A stretch of 64,000 bases of DNA from Cetorhinus maximus (GCF_964194155.1 NC_135884.1:125674001-125738000), one strand, 5' to 3'. Counted from the stretch's first letter, positions 1-13,960 are shown. Translations and numbers: made by a program. The notes: generated from the letters alone by a model not told the origin.

Positions 1-284
1 CAATGTTCTTCAGTCCTTCATATCTCAAATGAAATGTAAAAGAAAATTCCATCCTATCCTTGTCACCATCTTTCTGTTTGTATTGCACTGGGTAAGCCTA
101 ACACATGCTCAACTGCAGGCAGCCATTATTGAACAACTTTACTTACACCTCCGCAAAAGACAGGGCTACAAAGAGGGTAGTATAGCAAAATGCTCAGCTC
201 TTAAAAAGACTATATTAATCATCTCTCAACTTTCTACAGTCAAGGACATACAAGCTGTTCTCATAATTAAACTCCAGTAAAATT

Positions 285-670
285 CTGGTGAATCTGGACT
301 ACACCCCCTCCAAGGCAATATATCCTTCCTGAGGTGCTGAACGTGGTACACCAAATGGGGCCTGGCCAAGGCTCTGTATGGCTGATGTACTGAATATAAC
401 CGTAATACTGTAATCCTGCCTCATTAGCCTTTTTGATTGCATTTTGTATCTGTGCACTAGTTTTTAGCAATTTGTGTGCAAGACCCAAATCCCATTGCTC
501 CTCCACAGTCCCTGTCTTGCCATTAAGAAAATGTTCGTCTTTCTTTGATCCAAAACCTCAGACTTCTGCACATTGAACTCCACCTGTCACGATTTTCCCA
601 ACTCACTTTATCTATCTATGCCCCATTCTAGCTTGCTGCTTCAATCCATACAGTTTACTGTGGCTTCTAA
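285..670 (-). mobile_element. Degenerate CR1 LINE 3' (RT C-terminal) fragment
   Basis: The minus strand resembles the CR1 ORF2 stretch seen in other copies here (decayed 'EFNV.KC', 'DLG', 'L.RPHLEYC'); boundaries approximate. Confidence 0.65.
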
Positions 671-1419
671 TTTAAATGGACAATATATTTGTGAAAATGA
701 ATTATAAGTCATTATCAAAACTCAAAGTTCAGCTAATAATTTGATACATCATCCTAGATCAATCCCTTTTTTTATAAAATGTACTCTGTGTTGGGTTCTT
801 TTTCCCTGTTCTTGCAAGGATGTACGAATGGCACAAACAATTACCTGACAAATGGCGCAGCAAGCGGCCTGCTTACTGTTATTATCTCTTCTAATTCCCA
901 GATGTTCTAAATAATCAGACTTTTGGATCCTGGTTACTAGTTTAGTTGGACTAATGGATCTGGGTTGCACACTTGTTTCAGGATGACCGAGTTGGTACCA
1001 TAGACATAGCACATCAGTAGACAGTTCTTATGCAGAACACATTCTATTTATTTACAAAGGGACTCAGCAGCGACACTGCTTACAACTAAAACTCTGTCTC
1101 TACATTACAGACTCATAGGGCAGAATTTTGCCCTCGGCATGCGGGATCAGGTGGGAAGCCGACCGCCACCCGCGATCGGCAGTGCACCGTGATTTTACGC
1201 CAGAAGGCCAATTAAGGCTCGCCCAGCATAAGATGCGGCTGAGGAATAAGCGCGAAGGGGCAGGCGGGGGTGGGTGCTCAATGTCCACCGGGTCCAATGG
1301 CGGCTCAGCAGCCAATTCAAATGCGGCCTCAGCAGCCCTTGGAAGGCTGCCACTGAAGGATGCGGAAGTCGTGATGGAGAGCATTGTGGGTGGTCACGGC
1401 GGGCGGGAGGGCAGGTTGA

Positions 1420-3229
1420 TGGGACATTCGGCCCCACGTTTCTCCGATGAGTGCCTCACTGCCCTCCTGGAGGAGATGGCAGTGCGGAGAGGAATGCTTG
1501 TCTCCAGGATGGGAGGAAGAGGCCCCTTGACCTCACCAAAAAGGCCTGCGAGGAGGTGGCATCCAGGGTCAGCAGCCACGATGTGGTGAGGCGCACATGG
1601 GTGCAGTGCCAGAAGCACTTCAATGATCTCCTGAGATCAGGAAAGGTGAGTACCGTGTTGGCATGGGTCACTTTGCAGAACAGTTAAGAGCTTCCCATCC
1701 CCGTGGAGCTCAGAGTTGTTAGAGTGTGAGTGGAAAATGTCAATGAGGCAGGAGCTGGCCAAGAGGGTGAGCCTTGGCTGCTTGGACTGAGTGCCTTGTG
1801 GCTCCTGGGTCACGAATCAGCTGAGCTCTGTGAGGTGTTGCTCAGGTGGGATTGGCAAGGCTGCAATGGCGCTGCAGGTAGAGAGTGGACTAATCAATGC
1901 TCCTCTATCCTTTCAGGAGAAAATATCCCATAACAATGCTGAGAGGTCATGTGCTAGGGGGACCCTCACACCTCCTAATCGTCAGTCATTATGAGCAGGA
2001 GGCCCTGGAGCTGGAGAGGTGCCATGCGCCTCGGTCAAGTGGGCACGGTGAGGTTGGGGTGCCAGGGGGAGGAAAGAGTGCAGTGCACTGTGAGAATGTC
2101 AGTAATTGCAACCATTCCAGTGTAGTATCTTGAACCTGGAATCCCCATTGATAACGGAGAGCCGAGGGCACCACAATGCATATCTCTATCTCATGAGGCT
2201 GCCAGGCATGTAACAATGTGATGACTTCAACTAATGACATATCCTCGTTCTTCCTTTTAGGCTCAGCACCAGCCCTTCAGGATGAGGACCCTGAAGGCCC
2301 ACCCCTGACCCCCGAGGACCACAATGATCAGAGTGCACCTGCGTCGCACCCGCTCTTTCAAGCAGGCACCCACGCAGATACCAGCACCTTGGTAGGCATT
2401 AGATCGCTGGCTACTATCTTGGTGCACATTGGTGAGGGCACTTCACACTCGCTTGATGTGCAGGTGGAGGCAGAGAACGGTCAGGGCGCCAGCAGCCAGA
2501 GGACGGCTGGGGACCAGGACAATGCTTAGTCGATGGCTTATGATGTGCCTCTGGAGTCGTCTATGAGGCAGCAGATGCTGTAAGTCCAGCAGGGTGTGCG
2601 GGAGGACTGGCGGAGATACACAAGGGAATGCGTGCCATAGTGTCCGTTGTGGAGGAGTCCTTGCGGAGCATGAGCAATGTGTTGACCCTCTAGGTCAAGC
2701 ACACTGCCTCCTCCATGGACAGAGTGTTGACTCTCAGGGAGAGGCTCCTCCAGGAACTTAATCAGGTGTTCCTGGGGATGTGTTCGGACCTGTGAGCCCT
2801 CATATCGACAATTACCTCAGGTGGTCAGTGTCAGTGTGGGAGATGGATTGGACACCCAGTATCCCAGCTGGGTGCCTGTCCATCAATGGTGAGCAGGAAG
2901 GTCCAGAGCGATCTCACGTTGGCGCACGAGCTGCCTGTCGTCTCTGCAGGCTCCTCTCAGGGTGCTCTGGATGAGGGTTGCAGCTCCACCGCCCCCTGTC
3001 AGTGACTGTGGCATCTGGTGAGGCTGCGGCAACTGGGGAGATGCCAGCCATGCCACTGGCTGCTCCCTCCCAGGCGGGGCCAGCACAGGCTCCACGGGAC
3101 AGAGGATGCCTGCCAAGGTCATTAAGGCCAACAGGACAGCAGAGTGAGCAGGCTGTCTCCAATGCCAATGCCAGCGAGGGGGAAGCACCCAGACGTAGCA
3201 CCCGCAAACGAAAACTTAAAGTACCTTAA
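1420..3229 (+). pseudogene. Harbinger Myb/SANT-like (trihelix, NAIF1/MSANTD-like) DNA-binding protein, spliced, frameshifted
   Basis: APRFSDECLTALLEEM..[frameshift]..KKACEEVASRVSSHDVVRRTWVQCQKHFNDLLRSGK ends at donor 1645/GTGAG. Acceptor tttcag at 1916 precedes EKISHNNAER; another acceptor at 2260; C-terminal basic PRRSTRKRKLK before stop 3229. Confidence 0.8.
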
Positions 3230-3560
3230 GCACAACATGACAACATGGCCTGAAAACAGGTGATATTTGGTTCCCCCATTTCAGTGTTTATTGGTGTGAT
3301 GGAAAACACTTGTCAATGTTAATTTGTAGAATGTTTGCCAGGCAACAGTTAATTAAATGTGTTTTTGTGCAACTGGCCTCTGGATGCTTCATTTGTTCTG
3401 CAGGTGAAGGGTAAGCCATGATGTTATGATGGACATGTTTCTCCTTAAACCTTCATGAAATGAAACAGAGTGTATGTTGCTGACCAAGGAACTGGTCCTG
3501 TCAGTGATCGAGTATGGAGCCTGCAGTCCTGGCATGTGGTGGTGGCTCTTATTTGGGAAG

Positions 3561-4637
3561 CTAGCTGAAATAGCATTGGATCAAAGCGTCCCAAGTGTCC
3601 CTGACTCCCTGGAGGTTGCCCAGATCAGCATCTATGCCCTCAGCGTTCTCCTGACCGTGCTCGTCCTCGGACTCACTACTGGACTCATTGTCTGTTGCCT
3701 GTGCAGCTGCGTCAAGATCTTCTTCCTCCACTGTGCCCCTCCCTTGCCAGTGCCAGATTGTAGAGAGTGCAACATGCAACCACTATCAGTGACACACGAT
3801 CTGGGGGGTACTGGAGTGTGCCCCATGAACGCTCCAGTCATTGGAAGTGCATCTTAAGAAGACCTATGGTTCTCGCTACCACCGCCATATGGAGGCGTGG
3901 CTCCCGTTGTACCGCTTCTCGGCCTCTGTTCTGGGATGGCAGAGAGGCGTCATGAACCACCTTTTGAGGGAATAGTCCATCCATTTGGGCTGGAGCACTA
4001 AAGAGCTTCAGCATCTGGGAGAGTCTGAGGATGTAAGCGTCGTGGGAGCTGCCTGGGTACCTTGCACACACTTGCAGAATCTGCATCTTGTGATCATACA
4101 CTTTCATGGAGTGGAATCCCTTCCTGTTGACAAAGGCACCGGGCTCACCTGCTGGCGCATTGATGGCCACATGTGCAGTCGATTGCACCCTGGACACGGG
4201 GGAACCCAGTAATCGCTGAAAAGCCTCTGGCTCGCTCTGCCTGACTGGCCTCGTCCATTCAGCAGTGCATGAAAGTCAATGCACAGAGTGTCTGTCACCA
4301 GCTTGACGCAGCTGTGGACAGCTGACTGGGAGACTCCACAAAGATCCCCCACTGACCCCAGGAAATAGCCAGAGGCATAGAAGTTGAGGGCCACCGTAAC
4401 CTTCAGAACCACTGGCATGGGGTGTCCACCCACACAGTCGGAGCTGATCTCAGGGCCGATCCTCTGACAAATGGAAGTCACTGTCTCTCTTGCGATACGG
4501 TGCCTCCTTCGCCATTGCACCTCAGACATATTGAGGTAGCTGCATCGCCGCCTGTAACCCCTGGCAGCAGGATAGTGGCATCTGCTGCGGCCCCTTCTGC
4601 CTTGGACTTCCTGTTGGCCCTGCGCCTCTCCTCCCAC
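3561..4637 (-). pseudogene. Harbinger DDE transposase (DDE_Tnp_4/HARBI1-like), frameshifted
   Basis: LKVTVALNFYASG..GDLCGVSQSAVHSCV, HVAINAP, FVNRKGFHSM, VCARYPGSSHDAYIL, and an acidic tail ending RDTWDALIQCYFS*, split over several frames. Confidence 0.9.
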
Positions 4638-7600
4638 AGGTCACTCCCCTGGAGGCTGAATAGGGACACCTGGCCAATGTCAACGTGCTTTATTTCACGA
4701 TCGTGCATGTCGGGCGTGCACCCGCACACTGAGCTAAAAATTCTGGCCATGCTTTAGACTACTCACAACTAACTACAGACTACTAAGGTAGCCCATGCTG
4801 ACTGCTGAAAATGTCTGTACAATATTTCACCCAGAAAGCACAGCCAAGTTCTGGAATTTACCATGTAGAAAGCTGCAGTAGAAAAAGTGCAATATACTGC
4901 TTTGTGACACAGTGTAGTGAATGCACACATTACAATGTACTTCACGCATATACCACCTCACTGTGACACAGCATACTTGTGCACTGCACTGTTCCATTAG
5001 ACTGCGTGGCTATACTTAAAATATTCAGAACCTTACTTAACCGGACAGCTTTCAGTGGATGAACCATGACTTATTACATTAGCCTTGTGGTTTGCACTCA
5101 GAACGCAGGACACCATGGGTAAAATTCCTCAGGGCTTTACTTGCTTTGCTGCTGTAATTTGAATGGAAACCTCATTTATCTGTTTAAATGGGGCTTTCTG
5201 CAAACCTTCACCAATGTTACAGTGGGGGGAGCAGAAAAAGCCCCAAGGAAACTCTGCTGCATCCTTAAGCAGAACCGCATCCAAGCCAGCTTGTATGTCA
5301 TGAAACTAAGACTCTTTCAATGGGCTACAATGTATTAGAATCATGCATTTCCTAACTGACCTTTTCTTCTTAATTGCCCATACTAAAATAGGAATAGTCA
5401 CGCAGATCTGTTTGATACTGACTTTAAAGAGGAAATGTAGTAATCTGAGTGGCAGCAGGAGTTCAGATTGATAAAACTGCACCAGTGAAGTGATGAGATT
5501 TCATTTTGACTGCAGTATCTAAAGCAATTATTAAACTCTCTACTCACCACTCTTCACTAGACATTGTCAGCAGATCTTAATTCAAGAGAACATTGAACAG
5601 GAGCTGATTGATTTTAGGCAATTTCACTCATTATGAACTGTGTAATTCACATGACTGGGCCCTAATAGTCAACTGCTTGCTACATGATAAGTGAGTCTAC
5701 AGTGCAAACACAGATTAAGAAGAGTACTGACATGGCATCAGCTGAAACTTGAGCAAATTAAAACACAACTTATTGAATACAGACAGTACATCAATGGTTC
5801 TTAAATGTTAGCTTAAACAATTCACTGAAATGACTTTTGTGAAAAAATGAAAATTAACACAAATTTATTTGAAGAAATGTTAGTAGCAGATTCAGACCAG
5901 GGAATTGGATCAAATTGTCACAATTAATGGAACTGGAATCCCTGAAAGACGGGTCACACTCCTTACTCTGTTGAGCAGGACTCTCTCTCTGCTAAGACTA
6001 CAAATCTCATGACTAGTATAATTTCAGTCCACATTTGTCCAGGGAAAAATCTGTGTGTGCCACATCAATAGTGCAAGCTGAATAAGGTTCCCTTTCTCTT
6101 AGGTTTTTTAAAACATTTTTCAATGTTCTATCACTTGAAGGGATTTAACAAATGAATCTCTCTCTCCCTGTTGGGAACTGACTACCCAATGGACAGTAGA
6201 ACTCAGCAGACGAAATAGGCAAAAATAAATCCAACATGTGATTTCATTTGTGCTCTTTTTAAGGTAACAAGAGCAAACCTTGTTTGCTAGTCAAAGTTTG
6301 ACGACTTAAATCTTGTTTTGTACTAGATTCTCCTCCACCAGTCACAGGAGTTGTACTACACTACTAATGAAGATGGGACTAACCTACTGCTTCATTTCTC
6401 CCTCAGTTCCCCACCACAAAAATTCTTCAAAGCAATGTGGGATCCCTCATCTATTTTTACTGCCTCCTATTCTTTGCAGCCTCACGGTCTATGCCATTTT
6501 GTGTTTTGGTCCTTCACCTAGGTTCTACTATACAAATAATATAGGTCTAGGCCCAGCACACTTGCTCACAGTACCAGTACTTGTAGCCATTGATCAGTGC
6601 CTTTATTACTCCCCATGAATCAGCCAATGCAAACCACTCTAGACTAACAGCACCAAAGGCTTTTAAATTCCAATTGTATTTATATTTTCCAACCTTACAA
6701 TGAATGTGTTATTCACATGTCAAAAATTCTAGCAGAAAAATGCTAAAATGTTACAAAATGTCATCAATATCCAGAATGATTTTTGAATACTATGCACCTT
6801 GCATGTAGCTGTTAACAGAATACCACAGCAAAGCTGTGATAACAAAACTGGGACAACATGCAGTAGTCATTGATTCAACTCTCTGGCTCCTTACAAACTG
6901 TAAAGGGTTGACTATATGCAAAGACACCATCAGGAAGAGCTAAATGAAGGGGGATGGGCTGATCTCCACTTACTGAAAGGAAACCTTCAGTGGAAGTGCT
7001 GACAGATTGTTATTTGATATGCTTTCTATTTACCAATAGCACATAGCTTCTGTCCCTTTAGAAAGCTGCACAGTTCAATAGTAAGTCTGTTAAAAAAAAA
7101 CTCTAGTTCTTGCTGAATGGTCTTTTTAAAAAATATATAACTGTTGAAATGATCAGCAAAATAGAATGACAAAAAGGGGCTGATTTTTTCTTCAGGCTTA
7201 TGAATAGAAACCTGTTGTCATTTTTTTTTTAAAAAGAGGGTTGTCAGGCATGTTAAGTTGGATAGTCTTGAGGGTGCAGTTTTACCCAACATCTGAGTTA
7301 ATAAAAGAGACAATTCTGAATTCTAATTAATGCAAAAAGTGATTGTAGGGATGACCTCTTGATTTAAGCGCTATAAAATCTCCCCTACAGGTGGTACAAT
7401 CCGGTTAAAAGTTACATTCTAAAGATGTTTCAGCAGCCCATGCACCTGCTTGTCAAAACTTTAAACATTTTATATTGTTTCTAATATTGGAACAAAATAG
7501 ATCTCCTGCCACCTCACCTAATATTTAAAATTGGCTGCCAGTAAAAATTGAACTCTACGTGTGACGCACTCATAATTGCAGGAATGCTGTCATTACACCT

Positions 7601-7749
7601 TGATATTGGTCAGTTTCAGTATAACTCCAGTCCATAGACTCCATTGCAGATGATAGGTACTGAGCTCAGATTGGTGTCTCCAGCATTACTGCAACTCACA
7701 TTCCATCGTCTTTTGATAGCTGCTGTGCAAGATGGCTAAGCACTAATTA

Positions 7750-8435
7750 GAAACATAGAAACTAGGAGCAGGAGTAGGCCATTCGGCCCTTCGAGCCTGT
7801 TCCACCATTCATTATGATCATGGCTGATCATCCAATTCAATAGCCTGCTCCCACTTTCTCCCCATATCCTTTGATCCCTTTCGTTCCAAGAGCTATATCT
7901 AACTCCTTCTTGAAAACATACAATGTTTTGGTCTCAACTACTTTCTCTGGTAATGAATTCCACAGGCTCACCACTCTCTGGGTGAAGAAATTTCTTCTCA
8001 TCTCAGTCCTAAATGGTCTACCCCATTTCCTCAGACTGTGACCCCTGGTTCTGGACTCCCCCACCATCGGGAACATCCTTCCTGCATCTACACTGTCTAG
8101 TCCTGTTAGAATTTTACAGGTTTCTATGAGATCCCCCCTCATCCTTCTGAACTCCAGCGAATATAATCCTAATCGACTCAGTCTCTCCTCATATGTCAGT
8201 CCTGCCATCCCAGGAATCAGTCGGGTAAACCTTCGCTGCACTCTCTCTATAGCAAGTACATCCTTCCTCAGATAAGGAGACCAAAACTTCACACAGTATT
8301 CCAGGTGTGGTCTCACCAAGGCCCTGTACAATTACAGCAAGACATCCCTGTTCCTGTACTCGAATCCTTTGGCTATGAAGGCCAACATACCATTTGCCTT
8401 CTTTACCGCCTGCTGCACCGGCATGCTTACCTTCA
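7750..8435 (-). mobile_element. CR1 LINE 3' end, 5'-truncated
   Basis: ORF 7837-8331 YRALVRPHLEYCVKFWSPYLRKD...RRMRGDLIET...RRNFFTQRVV is the CR1 ORF2 C-terminus; 3' tail near 7750. Confidence 0.92.
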
Positions 8436-8454
8436 GCATTATTCAGTAATTATT

Positions 8455-8660
8455 GCAAACAAAAGCAGAAATAATGGAAATATCCACAATGGCTGTCAAC
8501 CTCCGAGAAAGGAAGGTAGCCAAACATTTCAGGTGGGCCCTTTCACTAATTCCCACTTGAAATGATGGCCTACACTTTCTCTTGGCAGGTGATATGTGCC
8601 TAGGCTGCATTTCCAACACTTTTAGTTTTTATTTCAGATTCACATCATTCAATAATTTTT
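8455..8660. mobile_element. Old Penelope-terminus-like fold-back remnant
   Basis: Decayed versions of the aaaacagaa..ctggaaa..ctcagcagg and ttccagca..ttttgtttt arms seen in younger copies. Confidence 0.4.
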
Positions 8661-10660
8661 CTGTTAATCTTTACTGTCCGATAAAAACTTTGACAATGTT
8701 TTCTTAAAACATTTTTAATAAAGGTTGACCAGGCCAACAGAAATATAACCAATGATGATCTGATGACATTACGATTCATGCCATGTTTCTGACACATGGT
8801 AACAAAGTGCTACTTTGGGATTTGTACACAGAGGTGGTCACATATTGATCAGTAATACGAGTGCTGAATTTGCAAACATTCACCTTCTCACAGCCATTGG
8901 TCCCTTTAAAATGGTTAGAGTGAAGTCAACTTAAAAAAGCTGATGCCTTTCTATGATAGGATGGTCACATTGTTCATTGTGATCACTTCAAAAGGGACAC
9001 ATTTAACTCTAGATTAAGATTCAGTAGTTTGCTACAGTTGGCTCTGGACAACAATCAAGTTGAACCATGAATTCTGTGCAATAACACTCAATGGGAATGA
9101 CCACTTGGAATATTATGCTTTATTGAGGTTTTATTTATTTGGACTGGCTTCGCATTCTTGCCAGAGAATCATTCAATATCACAACATCACTCTTGCCATT
9201 AATGGAAACCACTTATAAGCACTATCCCTGACTAAAGAACGAAGTGAATGAAACATTTATCAATCAATTTATCTGGTTAACTATTCAAGGTCCACAGTAA
9301 CAGCCAATCATTTTGATCTGATTCTGGAACAGTCACAAACTAAAGCTCTGTTAACAGCGGTAACCTTAACAGTCAACCTTATCTTTCCAGAAAAATAGAA
9401 TCCCTGGAATAAAGGGCTCATTTTTGAGGAAAATCAATAGCAACTGGGATCTTTAAGAAAATGTAATTCCCTCAGGCTAGATCGAGGGTTTGATTGGTCA
9501 GGTACAATGACTTGTTCTAATTCTAGAAAATTGTTTACAGAATACTGAAACAAAAACAGTACAAGTGAGAAAGAAACCCCAGTTCAAAGAGTTAAAGACA
9601 ATGCTATGTGCACACACAAAATCTGGGCACCAACTGAGAGTTTCACTGGAATTTCACTGGATATCCAAGGGCTTTATAATCTGACTGCTATGTGGAACAG
9701 AGAATAATGGCTGAAACTTTGAGTGATATTGATCAGTACACAGTCAAAAGTATTTCATGTTCCTGACCAATTTTTCTACCAAAATATTTACACAGCAAAT
9801 TTGCATCCAAAAGAACGAAAACTGAATCTATATTTGATTCACAGCTTAGTGAATTTTTCAAATCCTCTCATTTCCGATTGTTGCTAGATGGTCATATATA
9901 GGTTGTCTGCTTGCATAATGTTTTGGTTCATCAACATACTATGGAAAACAGCAGCAGAGTACATGTTTGTTCCAACCCAACAAGTTCTTAACCTCTGGTT
10001 GACCTGTAAGGATCAACTGCAAGTGCAAGGCTATGCATCTCTATGGAAGGCAGAATGTCAGGAAAATCACCCAGTGCTCATCCTGTCTAGTTCTACAAGC
10101 TGCTTATAGCTCACAGGAGGCTGTCTGCATCAGTTAGGTAAGTGTATGGAGATAGGAAAATCTAATGGAGGAAGGGCAAAAAGTAACTTTTGAACATGAA
10201 GAGACGGTTTCTAAAAAAGAAAACTGTGCTGTTTGGAGAATATTAAAAAAAAATTCCATACAGAATTCCCACAAGGTCAACACAATGATTTTCTCAACAA
10301 GGTTCAAACAGAAAATATGTTTGTTTTAATGTCCTAAGCTATTATGCATGAAAAAGGCAGTAATAGCCAGTCACTGGCGCCAATGTTCTGATCCAAGCAA
10401 TTGGATCAAAGGACAGAGAGAGGAGAGAAGGGAAAAAGACAAATGGCATGGCCCAATGATTCTAGAAACAGAAACTAGCTTCAGAGTTGGGGATAGTTTT
10501 TAATCACTATTCTACCTGAATTATGATAAGTTAACCTGATGTGGCCCTCTCAGTACTTTTTGTCATCAGAATGTATTTCACTGATCCAAAAGGTGAATGC
10601 CACTGATCATATCCATCAGATATGACAGGCTATGGTTGTTACAACCATCCCTGTAAGCTG

Positions 10661-11595
10661 GTGTTGTGAAGGATGGGCCTGGCTAAGTTGCCACAGAAAG
10701 CTCCATTCACTTGGACCATGCTGTACAACTAATCTCTCATGGCAAAGTTAATGCAGAAAAATATTTTACACCACAAGTCCATCAGGCAGTGGTCTGCACA
10801 TAAGATCCTCGAGGCCATGCGGGAAAAGGAGGTGGTAGACCCTGTCAGATGGTTCCCTGAGCAGACTGTCAAAGTCATTTGGCAGTATGTCTCATCACTA
10901 GAACTCTCAAACAAGCAACAAGACGTAGCTTGGCTGGTTGTGAGAAGGGCCTTCCTGGACCCAGAATCTAAACCTCTCCGCATGTTGCCCTCGAAGTGAC
11001 TGTGATGGGGAAGGGACAGTTGTCCACCTCCTTCTGGAATTTGCCTTAACAAAGCAGGTCTGGAAAAAGATGCAGTGGTTTTTGTCAGGGTTCATCCTGT
11101 GCAGCTCCAGGACGAAGGACTCTGTGCTGTATGGGCTGTTCACAGTGATACACACCGAGACAAACATCGACTACAGCTGGAGGACCAGCAACTTGATGGG
11201 AAGATGCTCTTTGGTCTGCCTGAAAGTTGTTGGTCTTCCAACGCAAAGAGTTGTCCTTGATGAGTGTTGCAGACTGGCACCTTCCAAGGTCCAGGATTGT
11301 GTGCTGAGGGATGCACTAAAGCTTGGGGCAGCTGCCACAAGGGAGCAATGGGGAAAGCCTACTGTCTAAGATCCTTCAGCCGTAGTATAATGAGGGGCTG
11401 GAAACTGTGAAAAAACCCTCAGGCTGTATATTGGCATGTAATGAACATTGTAAATTTTGACTGTAATTTTAAATGTAGTAACATACAGTGTTGGAAGGAA
11501 CTTAATTGCTTTGCACTTTAAGTAATATCAATGTTAAATGGTCATATAATATACTTTCATAAATTTTATGACCAAAGTATACTTTTGGAAAAAAA
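10661..11595 (+). mobile_element. L1-clade Tx1-type LINE 3' end (zf-RVT region), 5'-truncated
   Basis: KSIRQWSA..DPVRWFPEQTVKVIWQ..SSLELSNKQQDVAWLVVRRA..CP..C..HLL..VW..DSVLYGLF..CCRLA..VLRDALKLG. A-tail at 11589-11596; TSD atccctgtaagctg (10647-10660) / atcccagtaagctg (11596-11609). Confidence 0.85.
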
Positions 11596-13204
11596 ATCCC
11601 AGTAAGCTGAGCATCTTAATACATAACGAGTAAACATTCTCTTTCATATTGTGCATTCACACCCAAGCATATTGGCTGAAGGGAGGGGAATTCAACAATC
11701 TATTATGCTGCCTTTGTGTGGCACAGTAGGTGTGGCAATGAGTAGTAATGAGGTTAACTACATAATCAGAGCAAAAATAATTACAAAGTTCTCTATCCAT
11801 GAACACAATGAGTTTAACTGACAAATGCTGTTGCACAAGTCCAGACGGTGTTTTAATATATCCAGAAAACTGCTTTTTAAGTTCCAACACTTTGTTGTAA
11901 TGATAACATTTTCAAATTCTGCTCTAGCAAGCAATGTAAGAAATCAGATCGATGTGCCACTGTACAAAGGTTGCAATATTCCTCAATGCTGCAATAGCAT
12001 TCCAACACATAATAGCAAGTCACTTCATGTGCAGCACTTGGCCAATTATCATAAGGAAACAATCACTTATAACCATTGCCTTCCAATTATGACTAAATCA
12101 TTGTTTGTGCACTACTTGCATTACAGGTATTCATAGATTAGTGAAATAGTATCCAACTACTTATGTGGGGACAAATTGTTATTTCAGAATGACCTTGAAT
12201 TATATTTCACCTATATACAAATGCTTTAGGACAATAAACTAACTGTTGACTTGGCACATTGTCTAAATATTACATGTATATTATTTACAACACTGAAATA
12301 GGTGTTGGAATTTGAAATGACACTGAGTTTATTCCAAGCATTAATGCTCTACCTTATCTAACTGGGAACTTAATTTGTTCTGGAGAAAACAAAAATATAC
12401 AAATCTTTGAACAGTATTTCTGTTTTTTCTGAACAGTGGAATTGCATCAGGGAGTGTGCGGTATTAATTCCCAGAATTAGACTCTTTAAGGTAGCGAATT
12501 ATCAACCTGTGCACTGTCCAACATTTAGAACCAGTAGCTTGGCACAGTTCAAGATACCAACTTCAGTGTTAAGAAAAAAAATGGCAAAACTTTGCCAACA
12601 AAATTTGCAGACTGTCTGCTTGCTATTCATAATTGGTCTCTTTTAAAGTCTCTATACTAATTCATACTGTTCTCTCCAGAGCCCATATAATGATGTTAAA
12701 TTACCAGCTATTTCATGGAGTTGTTTTATCGGTTTTATATACTCTTCACAAATTTGAATGTTGCACTGGTGCAGAGGTCAGTGCATTTCACAATCAGGCA
12801 AGGAACTTGATGGTGACACAAAGAAGAAAACAGAGCCACCCTCCCCTCAACCAACTCAAGCAGCATCACATCCACATCAGCAGTCATCAAAAAGGAGGCA
12901 ATGTTTTGGGCTACAATTATCTGCAGACTCATGGTTGCAAATTAGGATTCCTCACTCTTCATGGTTGCTTGTCACTTCTGAGCCTCTCCCCCTTCAGCCT
13001 TGGAAAGTCTGCAAGTTAGACGAGCTAGCTCTGAACCTTTCCAAAGGCTGTTATGAATTGTTTCCCTATTCTACAATGTCCCTTTCAGTTTTACCTGAAG
13101 CGTTGAATATTTATGCAAATAACCCAAACCATGGAAACTGAGAGCTATTAACTCATTACCATTCTGGCAAGATTTTATTTTGGTTTTTGACTTAAAGAAA
13201 AAAA

Positions 13205-13590
13205 GAATGAATTAATTTATATACTGGTTTTTAAGACATCCCTAAGCACTACATGCCAATGAAAGACTTCTTTGTTATGTTGAAAGCATGGAAGTCAGTT
13301 TGCACACTGCCAGATCGCACAATAAGAAAAACGAATTGTAGATCTGTTCAGATTAATTTTGATTGAGGAGTGAGTGTAGCCTAGGAGACTCGGAGAACTC
13401 TCGTGTTTTTCCTTGAATGGGATCTTATACTGAAAGGGCAGCTGGGCCCTTGGTTTAGTGTCTTATCCAAAAGATGTCATCTCTGACAGTGGAGTGTTCC
13501 CTCTCAGTTTAGATGGTGAGTTCAAATCTCTGGCTTAAATCCATTACTCCCTAGGCTCAGAGGGAAAAGTGTTAGTATTGAACCATGACT
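13205..13590 (-). mobile_element. DeuSINE-like (SacSINE1-type) SINE, degenerate
   Basis: Collinear with the clearer copy at 27410-27825 (gccaatgaa, gggatc, ggtttagtgtcttatccaaaagatg, ctcagagg..gtgttag). Confidence 0.6.
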
Positions 13591-13654
13591 GACAGCTACT
13601 GATCTCGCTTATATCAACAGACAGAAATTAGTGCCAATAGCTCTGATCTATATA

Positions 13655-13960
13655 CACAAGTTGACTGAGGTTCTGCAATGGTGATCTCAGCTAGATTGGC
13701 AGTAGGAGTGTCACAATTCATTATCCAACAACTTATGTTGGAAAATGCGCTTGTGTGGCTATCAGGAGAGTACAGAATTGGCCTGCTACATGATGCCTTC
13801 ATCCACATGCCTGGATAATCGTATAAAAATACACTTTCGGGCTCACATGTGAACACTGGCCACTTGGGTGAGATACTGGAGACTGCCCAGTGCCTACAGT
13901 ACTCACGTGGAGTCAGTGATTTCAGGAGGTAAGCAGTAGAGCATAGAGCAAAAACAAGAA
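13655..13960 (+). mobile_element. LF-SINE-like relic
   Basis: tgatctcagc..gcagtagg, ggaaaatgcgcttgtgtgg and ggctcacatgtgaacactggccacttgggtgagatactggag..gagtcagtgatttcaggag resemble the recalled LF-SINE consensus. Confidence 0.5.

Larger units (their letters stand above)
1118..4748. mobile_element. PIF/Harbinger DNA transposon, decayed, with convergent Myb/SANT and transposase genes
   Basis: Termini GGGCAGAATTTT (1118) and AAAAATTCTGGCC (ends 4748) are inverted repeats, flanked by ATA and ATG. A GC-rich island carries the two genes typical of Harbinger in tail-to-tail orientation. Confidence 0.9.

Noticed and set aside
1420-4637. Domesticated HARBI1/NAIF1 host genes
   Set aside because: Both genes have frameshifts and stops and lie between TIRs, so this is a decayed transposon
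7345-7390. Short hairpin tgtaggg..ccctaca
   Set aside because: Too short and imperfect to distinguish from chance
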